64,000 bases of DNA from IMG/VR virus record IMGVR_UViG_3300008107_006173; one strand, written 5' to 3'. Source of the stretch: a virus. Lineage: Duplodnaviria; Caudoviricetes. Shown here one piece after another: positions 60,301 through 64,000 of the stretch. A program made the translations under genes and the position numbers. Position 1 is the first letter of the stretch, and the number at the start of each line of letters is the position of its first letter. Below the pieces are notes generated by a model. That model did not search any database and was not told where the DNA came from. It saw nothing but the letters and a program-made list of their open reading frames with translations.

Positions 60301-62028
60301 GATAGATACATCAATTACAACAGTATTCTAGACAAGAACGCTGCACCATTTAGACGCAGTACAACAACAATTGTATTTGATAGAACTAACTGGGAAATGA
60401 CCCAAACTGGATTCAATGCAAATACAACAACAATAAATCGCAGCATCGCTAGAAACATAGCGAACCTATCAATGCAGTCAAATGCAGAAGTTTCAGCTAA
60501 TGCTAATACTAGAGCTGTTGATCGTATCTTCAAGTTTGATTCAGAAGTGCAATCAATGTTCGTTGAAGAAGTCATTGCACACGATCCTGCAAATAACATT
60601 GCTAATTTCAACAATGTTGTAATAGATGCTAACTACCTAACAGATGTTATCAATCTTGGTAACTTGTCATTGACATTAGCACTAGTTAAGGATAAAGTTG
60701 GTGGTAACTTCAGAGGCGATGTTCTAGATGCAAATGTCTTTACTAATGCTGTATTTGGACTAGATACAACAACAGATTACTTGGATGTATTTGCCTGGGA
60801 TACTGCTGCATGGGACAGCTTTGAATGGGATGAAAGAATTGATGTAATTAACTATCAAGGCATCTTCAGTGAGAGTGTTCAGGGCAATATAACTTTCCGT
60901 AGAAACAACACTACCTATGAAGGCTTCGATGGCGTAACATTCAAGCGTGTTCTCTACGGTGAAGAGCGTCCAGAAGAAATGGTAATGTTAAGCCCGCTGG
61001 AATCAATGATCATGCGTGTTACAACAAATATCTATCCAAGCGGTAATAATTTAACTATCTCAAATGTAACAACAACATTAGTATCTTTTGATGCTGCTGG
61101 TTCCCCATATGATTCTGCAAGTTTAGCAAACTATGATTATAGCGGAAATATTACGCTGTTATCTAATGGTATTGTATCAGTAGGGTCGAGCAATGTATTC
61201 TATGTAAATGCAACAATGAGTAATGCTACTGTTACATTCCCTGCAGATAGGGATACTACATTCCCTGCACTGGTGCAATTGTATGCAAACGGTAACTTGA
61301 TTATACCTCAGGGTACATCAACAAACACTCTGTATATACCAAGTGCAAATGCAAATACATTCTTCTATGTAAGCAATGTAACAGCAAATACAATTACTGG
61401 AGCAGGTACATTTACAATTGAGGATGATTACTTTACAAGCGCAAATATTGCAGCACTAGCAAATGCCAATGTGCAGTATAGAATTGGTGTTTACACATCG
61501 ATTGATCTGTTTGATGAAGCTGTAACAAATGCAACAATAGTATCAGCTAACACAGCAAGTGCTAATGCAAGTAATGTTCAGTATCAAATACATCAAAATC
61601 TATTTGGTCAGACAGAATATTTGAGAATCCTAGAAAACAATAAGACTACACTAGCAGCTAATGTGTTCAATTACTCTACAGAAATTACAGTAGTTGACTC
61701 TAGCGGTTTCGCTGATCCAAGACCACAAGTTCCTGGTGTATTGTGGCTAGGCTCTGAAAAAGTACTATACGAAAGAAAAACTGGTAACACATTTGGTGGA
61801 TTAACCAGAGGTGTAGCAGGTACTGCTATACAAAATTGGGTAGTTATGGATGTTACTGGCGCCCCAATTGCAGTAGAAGTATTCCCCGGCGACGGCGAAG
61901 AAACATTTAATGACTTGAACCCCGAATCTAATGTTTGGTTAGATACAGGGGCAAGCAGTCTAGCAGATCTTGGTAATGCAGACGTTTCAAACGTCACAAG
62001 TATTATGAAATTCTTACACGATCTATAA
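45313..62028 (+). CDS. Giant baseplate wedge-like protein, C-terminal part (over 5,500 aa)
   Basis: The frame is open from 45313 (SPVEYAWKSSPVYPFAVAEALLLAKPG), upstream of the TTG the track used, with no SD plus ATG. Contains IYDEW-like VYDEWALRVADFG, WDPFKGIIPG, KVWWDTST, EAKPFTAKIREY and a PA14-like domain. Confidence 0.8.
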   Translation, partial: SPVEYAWKSSPVYPFAVAEALLLAKPGLFAAEFSDPTNILRPTANPLLLLNKVSRKRWDFASEADFRIHGTFDADDNFITNIGYTQFINSWINFQGLDQTDDFAKKLRSLNVKLGHRMAGFIDEDTTVVRTDQYSTTGKATSLIVPKENITVQVHNSPYKTRNFYSGVIIEKTLTGYKVRGFDKNYGYFDTFETDKTKGRERIQVGGKPADFVAWDPGVPYKKDTIVQWQNGFYRAPKFINATTTFDARQWKRLPSLPQTGGASATLYQVPTENIVRVDYETEFTSVDDLYDFLIGLGYYHQSQGYDLNDFDESINEVRNWSYAAKQFLFWTTGRWEVGNTLELSPLARKIAFEAPRGFISKINRTDREQFTILDQDGIAITPTECEILREDNRIEITPPEGKQIYGLVLFTKEIEHAITVDNTTIFNDVIFDTRFNQRHTRLKIKATRTKGWKGRLLTEGFIVNGSELLPNLDNMAESLGRYHELGFIPVEKAIYKAARGMFGFEERDYLKDLDISEDDQFEFYRGMIQNKGTSESLRKIAASNIVVQGNVAVYDEWALRVADFGDTDNNQSVELKLEKSEIVNDPQLITLAFPEDITGIVEKIDVIKRRYKYYGAPEIVISAPTTGTTRIQAIATATLNASRELDSITVIDQGAGYAIPVGVTIIAGNVVTDTVDTTFQRVTAISTGDWIATTGAELSGNVIITDHFGNSNVSVNLSNVTSAADIVTAINSSPGLGGNITAAAFRSEVEEIFNANALTAGVTYQIVSVGSTNFMLIGAANNNVGTAFVASGPGTGTGTANAVVANYTLTITGNDFSIVSAAANLHLTPGRYQPAQRYSVVGANTTVAGNITVTVDGVEVNQFVNGANSSGGYNWTFDEGDRWRHELQGQLGPSGSFTYTLGTGTEHSSSNIAAENNYVVDGEYNHLKLYINGFHTGYTDVEVPNQLLLENSAVAGSTEYQNVWEVNGSGNEITLYIDRLPNSVKYFSATSNNSWILPATNPNKVSDPKTLIKVVEDGTIQFTNDYRGDLPNSVLNIVVKVQDGIAIKLGAGRSYEITPEIAGDDIILFDIDDADRFLKKPSGVREYNLWPTTKQINFTGIWDNAFLRIPNAGYVNPANVNFMSYSIADLPDLFSDNIIVKPAGGHLIHVAVSENKDWNVYKLAPIDSRISFLHQAQGSDSAKLVTNNSLFNYLDSNMIGEADTARYLDYFLTLKNADVSDNVVVWTNERIIQQRQADITNPKAPRMIEARIKSIGPAPGSNIAIADYKPITTKIYADVQVSNSAAANTLVLNFRNVHNIKENDAITLAATSGVQYYSNATVVLNSAGNVTFTSVSSLPSEFTAPAYVTLYTEDANIYNKSVYVQSVNVAAGTFTVTNSYFADSNVLVGLGNIDYLLNVTPNYDAGNTDVYYLASNVTSRKLEISGPELANIVSGVQYNAVASNVFFNGNGNISIETFDFIPTNFKVPGNITLYASGDSTANGNVYYVESIDRRGGFIQEEDMAFPVATSLVVKDPYFSNANIIYNANANVTFNSYGNITINSAGAIPANFAVPGYVKLRIGPGGLTSSNNRPVYVTAANLTTNTFTVINDGLFTTANATANLNVVGYSLELPSNTVSGLGNVSFTLTVPSTVEVQHMDRTKIITDDAHSVEIGQVVRIFSNAFTGTYTVRSTPDDRSIEIDAPFTYNDDRTGWLIKKGLQIKTTDPHGISPEYARNRKRIAIHFADPRLYNDIYFIDEITPDSIIVKDRMPLEGIASVYLDRVQAYVRNANLSTRTVQITNNGLLSETTIIYTANSQLVPANAYSINSTNIVFDANILDANSSVSTGFTIFREMDVAEDRYPILTTLDHGVVKLNGIDLSITSYNNLQGTVDAINREMNLRRAAISSRGNTMSVSFNMLSDIHTELPVPAGTKNFVPSRQVNNSTVGNLPINSVANGSQLGTNTTAASFAPAYQIGNYGPYVRDENTIIALSNRDVITGNLILSSGNETSIDPTFNKGPIRVGPLRGITYTDLMTGQRYLWNFEIGKYVRIQQPRAYTADPADEFSIGLDTLRSEIAYNPDPAFSDGTDTGAGVNPEHERDLIADPTEEDQDTTELPQQPPNHVDTAPVLTVLAGNGPTSYIDPTAMGKKRPIYDLSATRGGNVSTSPNGADTAFSVFANPRWALKAVSTSAGWLIEVYENVKNNKTPFANYYWILVDKVWPPSFPHDFWGTINANSEFGEEPIETSYYYTDTEFTGNIDLQTDSVSANEAYYIDIPPVEPAFYIGKQLIPEPFAVSGGNNANAAVTWAKLPPSVIGASAPNLKDTKITVNATGYNSFLMWAPGLTPGKWDPQVEGPGHLNGFAGYPTFWGYGVGYYDNTGGGQSPTSFISGGTDPYPGAATEGWSTRQPRFKYSKNFTVFPLKNNDVNELANSVILDGQTNHDNPANTLVRADDIFVACFWTEAHTYKKQLVGYNYKNFDAEGNPAPIYKDYNGTVTRVKYIRISELPANAVLRRPIPDTGWGGKGWKNLVTDTVKLPGEYNPVPGDANNPWSTFDLTSLPSGSTGEDADDTTPAPIGDPQVIAQGDQTAPLSGGRGLGRANNDLSLAVPVSPTGPFLHGGALEALPGPCQLSPVVIPPSTDLPCYNRPSQIYTTLKTELDGNALTKTGIVAAANISSNSATISKGLIIDSVRIASTNALVLANAYTYAPANGILTFSNSVLSANANVNTDFLVNGSIHEEHTVIVVGNNPFYVFFDFSSPDIVANGVTIEQSDDISFGKSNVTTADIKLVTTTMQTPISEGGVSRVNDGQQIGVYGVTNIPRFSTNLLPEVNSAFGIDNPVAIGETKRLKLERLEAIDRYGQYNGVKNIGFIARTIDCRNGQYVRVSVNKGAGNKTGKYKLLLIYTGVEEDPMDPNNGFLATCPDRAAPSRVYRAGARIEQFTYSDAKRKKRVSSTTGAAVGAVGGVAAAAAGVTAGAAAVGASVVGATIAAAIPVIGIGLAVGALLSGLFGKKKKGLGDGYFGGKNPADDNIYYPYGTGSNSTTHKTVSGVNANGKLSGKSVGIPIVDVPTVPTYSTYEFKGYYRAPVDGTYTFSTTSDDASYVWISPNDDKSDDEYYKDNGYQPGNPKNYTQQNAIVANGGLHGAVTKSGTIQLKAGNYYFVRGIFGNNKGPGSFIFRVKPPNSPEEPVRFTGRKCPSDDGYVDPATLAANDTALYNVAPGSNTGGVSSNDGPLPDDLQRAVNEAIGVLNFSGYSQPEMTGTTYMPASFKIRNTKKVIDPQSYGYSVALDGNRFVNATSQRVTGGFVIPLAKKLTVVSRTPRPLESSQVSSQPWFKTSQLNLDNTFRAVNYSPKRIGSTFMLDTMAVPITNVVNGMVVTNNNNAGGITLSPTGPTVPGTGVSEKQVIAETNGGLTAATNNTIIETPLAEAPFENRQDKIKYTAFPTINITPLVYDANGALVPAGAPAIARMVKPTPTASVSAQNLANIPQGSELVINGRTIIPGTTAETFKAQINCADIGIRADINKATGNLVLRSCSDNPFNVQNGCGPGKLKQVADFHISRGFDQSRSVTAGESYTDRALNVYGVGDEEGLPIDTEWTQFDSDDELESVLNLGNSIIGARTTTATTTTNFSTGGSGYSVGDRLRLIGGTPVNNTQGPLTLMCIDDPGYGYTDVGNLRVVIGGNDAPGFGAEAIVTELDESGGIKFIEMVNWGIGYDSQTPPDVKIVDIGERFNGQYTTINAQDLASVAGSVYSRGTILLVQDTTQQNNTTTVREKFYRVAAANITVSATTYNASANATFLSNSNISISGNVATVKANTWVTLLFAASNEYANAANNFNFYVSNVNVSNTFTGAGSFTVSDRFFANTTVVNALNTGAIQYTVVEPLNYRGLVEICDPRLGRSSPMVHARIGIDPATAEAGDAGDGTTDTTSRTKVQMLDNFRSLNGPLRIAKFIVTGTDAEGSITALRVIDRGLYKVFPSDLTMGIPLEYDYEPIGQNSFPEQALGLVDPLRNNILYGGSHPEYQQPPFVNTDGSNINQNNKHPDWADLDEYRRVLDPTAFKGYRLVNGQRVNDPLAFNDGGIGYRYELFNGTPGAYDPLTFVYIGGQFISKQQIINTDPADIDFGNYFEPRAIAGGSGARLFLTAMEVPDCSEKGTAKEALGLPDTVADVSAPEVVALQMNNALADAGYRPRDISVDVVPVGVGIDQVDIKTPGFPGVRITGTPGFPEKLGIPVGDYFNGMLCIEATLSTPNLTGQQATAQIEELYKNSAFGLLTPEQDAANYGPEGYNTVEPPQVLSLLCVNSIQTDPNSWFGNLNKGSAQNPTDFRLKPPVEGLDTGLGLPGDLEFINELYEYDIQTIFGENVNLIGNTNRQTTNVFVFESKRFLNVDLVEEVDATDTSNISLATEPKVWIDSYFNTDPANVSMTGFTDGGWAYLEYGVPKRWQTPLTNPNYVKNVILYNQDDGAKITDFEFWDPFKGIIPGFIRNEIHFVGTSDPVNYNNARTNFGQNNIGKVWWDTSTLRYMWYEQGSDIERWKNWGRTFPGSTITVCEWVESRALPQNWTGDGTPRWLDRYVTERRYDEVNEKYENFYYYWVQNRAKLDPRLVEQLGRKHDTETLAKFIANPSGYGLNLVSFVSENSFVLNNIGQILPEDSGVIQINLSRNLNADGIKHTAWKLMREGDNNSIVPEHLSEKLIDSLCGENAVGEFVPDRRLSNVERYGISFRPRQTMFDDMWEARRVMTYVLNEILADIKLNSIYPNWDANLEPSNVFESATWYEVRYIDQSTNTKVRYDSSYKPIYNVSSISELESNLNVPDGTVLQVKGSTGDRAQLWMFDYESQSYKLIAIENETIKIKNSVYNSSSFPETEPADLRSLLEALRDNVFNNTQYWNVLFFALMKHAYMEQGELSWAFKTSYVYVEKDEEDLIEFVGFKPENFEKVIEYMNEAKPFTAKIREYKDGKRAPTEVIGVGMISDFDKPPYPDPLTGNIRILDDFVLDDANILANDDRYINYNSILDKNAAPFRRSTTTIVFDRTNWEMTQTGFNANTTTINRSIARNIANLSMQSNAEVSANANTRAVDRIFKFDSEVQSMFVEEVIAHDPANNIANFNNVVIDANYLTDVINLGNLSLTLALVKDKVGGNFRGDVLDANVFTNAVFGLDTTTDYLDVFAWDTAAWDSFEWDERIDVINYQGIFSESVQGNITFRRNNTTYEGFDGVTFKRVLYGEERPEEMVMLSPLESMIMRVTTNIYPSGNNLTISNVTTTLVSFDAAGSPYDSASLANYDYSGNITLLSNGIVSVGSSNVFYVNATMSNATVTFPADRDTTFPALVQLYANGNLIIPQGTSTNTLYIPSANANTFFYVSNVTANTITGAGTFTIEDDYFTSANIAALANANVQYRIGVYTSIDLFDEAVTNATIVSANTASANASNVQYQIHQNLFGQTEYLRILENNKTTLAANVFNYSTEITVVDSSGFADPRPQVPGVLWLGSEKVLYERKTGNTFGGLTRGVAGTAIQNWVVMDVTGAPIAVEVFPGDGEETFNDLNPESNVWLDTGASSLADLGNADVSNVTSIMKFLHDL

Positions 62029-62063
62029 TTAAGTAGAGTTATAATACAGAGAATGAAAAAAGT

Positions 62064-62071
62064 GATAAATA
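62064..62071 (+). promoter_or_regulatory. Late promoter GATAAATA
   Basis: Motif inside the track's 5' extension, implying a real start at ATG 62080 or 62113. Confidence 0.6.
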
Positions 62072-62112
62072 AACACAATATGCTAGCAAGTAATGAAAAG
62101 GGTGATAGTTTG

Positions 62113-62739
62113 ATGAATAGCGAAAAAGATACACAATCTGAGCGCGAACCAGACGATACAGCCGGTCTTAATATGAGCGGTCACATTCTTATCCGCGATA
62201 AAAAAACAGGCGAAGAGTTGGTTAATAAGCGTAACGCTATCCACTACGGCAACATGGCAAACATGGTTGCCAACGCATTAAACAACGCTCAGGGTGCATA
62301 TCTACAATATTTGGCTTTTGGCAATGGCGCTACTAGCGTTGATACTTCTGGACGAGTAATTTATAAAACTCCGCGTGTTAGCGAAGCATACGAAAGTAGT
62401 GCTAGCTTATACAGTAGAACCTATAAGAAAATTATTTCAGGCGGAACTGCTACAGATAAAATTGAAATTTTACCTGGCCCAAGCTATACAGATATTAAAG
62501 TAACATGTACACTAGGATACGACGAACCCAACGATCAAGACGTATTTGACCAGAGTACAACAAACGAAGGCGATTATATTTTTGATGAGATTGGATTATT
62601 CAGTTATCCATCAGATCCAACCGCTGCCGACCCGATCGATACCAGTACCATGCTAACACATGTTATTTTTCATCCTGTGCAAAAATCACAGAATAGAATA
62701 ATTGAAATCATTTATACTGTTAGAATACAGTTGAGCTAA
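62113..62739 (+). CDS. Conserved virion structural protein (start uncertain: 62080 or 62113)
   Basis: KRNAIHYGNMA, LAFGNG, YIFDEIGLF, MLTHVIFHPVQKSQNRIIEIIYTVRIQ; baseplate-distal position. Confidence 0.75.
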   Translation: MNSEKDTQSEREPDDTAGLNMSGHILIRDKKTGEELVNKRNAIHYGNMANMVANALNNAQGAYLQYLAFGNGATSVDTSGRVIYKTPRVSEAYESSASLYSRTYKKIISGGTATDKIEILPGPSYTDIKVTCTLGYDEPNDQDVFDQSTTNEGDYIFDEIGLFSYPSDPTAADPIDTSTMLTHVIFHPVQKSQNRIIEIIYTVRIQLS

Positions 62740-62753
62740 TTGAGGAAAAAGAA

Positions 62754-64000
62754 ATGCCATATACAGTCAGTAATGCAGATGGTAGCATAACAATTAGTGT
62801 AGCCGACTCAACGGTTGATACAAGTACTTATTCGCTCGCGCTAGTAGGTAGAAACGTATCCAACTACGGCGCATACTTTGTACAAAACTCCATCCGTCAT
62901 CTAGAAAACTTTGCCAGTGCTACTGCGCCAACCCCCGGAACCACACTTACAGGCCAGCTTTGGTATGATAAAGCTGAAAGCCTGCTAAGAGTTTACGACG
63001 GAACAAATTGGAAGCGAGCAACAAACATTGTTGTTGGTACACAGCCAACTACAAATCTTGTAGCAGGTACTGCTTGGTTCAATACCGTACTTGACAAACT
63101 TTATGTATATGATGGAACCTCGTTTAAAACAACAGGATACTCAGGTGAAGTATCAAGCGCATATAGCTCAACCACAAATATTGGCTCACCTACTAATTAC
63201 GGTACAAAACTACGAAACATTTTCCTCAAAGACAGTAGTGGTGTTGACCGGGCCGTTCTAGCATTAGTATATGTAAATGATTCTTCTGATGGTGCAGTAA
63301 ACCAAGGCACAACTACTACAGTTAACGGTAAAGAAACTATCATGGGCATCTTCAGTGACCATGCTGTATTTACAGTTGCTAATGCTGCAAATAATACCGA
63401 AGGCGAAAGTATCAACTGGTATACTGAATTAGTAGCTTCTGGTAGTATTGGTGCTACAATCCGTCCAGGTCTGAATCTTCGTACAGAATATAATACAACA
63501 GCATTAGCACTATCTGAAAGATCATATAGAGCAGATGCTGCTTATAGATTAAATACTGGTAGCGTTGGTGCCGACGGCTCAAACATTACAGCAAGCACCG
63601 TATGGCACGATGATAAACTAACATATTCCCCAACCAGCGACAATACTGCTACACTTGGTGGTAGTAGTGCTAAATTTGCTAGTGCATATGTTGGTACAAT
63701 CTATTTAGGTAACGGTACATCAGGCTCAATTTTAACAAACGGTACAGTTTCAATTGGTGCAAACACCGCAACGGCTGTTAACCATGTATATGCTAATAAC
63801 ATCACAGTTAATGATGTAATAAACTTTAACACAGCTGATCTTGCAACCAGCGGATCACCAGTACAAAATGCTTTCGCTGCTAACATAACTGTAAGCACAG
63901 CATTAAATACACCATCAATTACTAAAACAGGTACTGACGGTACTGGCGATATTGGCCAGAGCGGTAACAAGTTTGGTACAATTTATGCTACTACATTTAG
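62754..64000 (+). CDS. Baseplate-attached fibre-like protein (3' end off the window)
   Basis: Not in the track. ATG 62754 after SD GAGG: MPYTVSNADG...LALVGRNVSNYGAYFVQNSIRHLENFAS...GQLWYDK...LRVYDGTNWK; open to the window end. Confidence 0.85.
   Translation, partial: MPYTVSNADGSITISVADSTVDTSTYSLALVGRNVSNYGAYFVQNSIRHLENFASATAPTPGTTLTGQLWYDKAESLLRVYDGTNWKRATNIVVGTQPTTNLVAGTAWFNTVLDKLYVYDGTSFKTTGYSGEVSSAYSSTTNIGSPTNYGTKLRNIFLKDSSGVDRAVLALVYVNDSSDGAVNQGTTTTVNGKETIMGIFSDHAVFTVANAANNTEGESINWYTELVASGSIGATIRPGLNLRTEYNTTALALSERSYRADAAYRLNTGSVGADGSNITASTVWHDDKLTYSPTSDNTATLGGSSAKFASAYVGTIYLGNGTSGSILTNGTVSIGANTATAVNHVYANNITVNDVINFNTADLATSGSPVQNAFAANITVSTALNTPSITKTGTDGTGDIGQSGNKFGTIYATTF

Noticed and set aside
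1-64000. Stop-codon reassignment
   Set aside because: Very long ORFs are intact in code 11, and TAA, TGA and TAG all end genes at sensible boundaries.

Overview
This is 64 kb of an AT-rich, large T4-like (myovirus-type) phage genome in the standard genetic code, mostly virion morphogenesis genes. From left to right: (i) a late curli-like secretion module (two small membrane proteins, CsgF, CsgG, a curlin-repeat protein, FecR-domain protein); (ii) four fibre or autoproteolytic-chaperone-domain genes; (iii) the head module (major capsid gp23, scaffold gp22, protease gp21, acidic core protein, portal gp20); (iv) a tape measure gene divergent from a gp26-like chaperone, followed by a start-less -1-frame ORF behind a slippery site; (v) a ~535-nt hairpin-rich non-coding region directly downstream of a catalytic-domain-only GIY-YIG nuclease at the end of the gp55-gp47-gp46 operon; (vi) the baseplate module (tube-initiator-like, gp53, hub with M23 peptidase, gp5, lysozyme-like, gp25, gp6) and a giant wedge-like gene of about 21.5 kb broken once by a frame change at about 45,313-45,323. 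A (G/T)ATAA(A/G)TA late-promoter motif precedes most structural units, and two sigma70-type promoters are visible. The strongest leads are the GIY-YIG plus structured RNA locus, the probable programmed -1 frameshift, the late curli/FecR envelope module and the broken giant protein with a membrane-like insert. All family assignments come from recalled motifs; no searches or folding programs were run.
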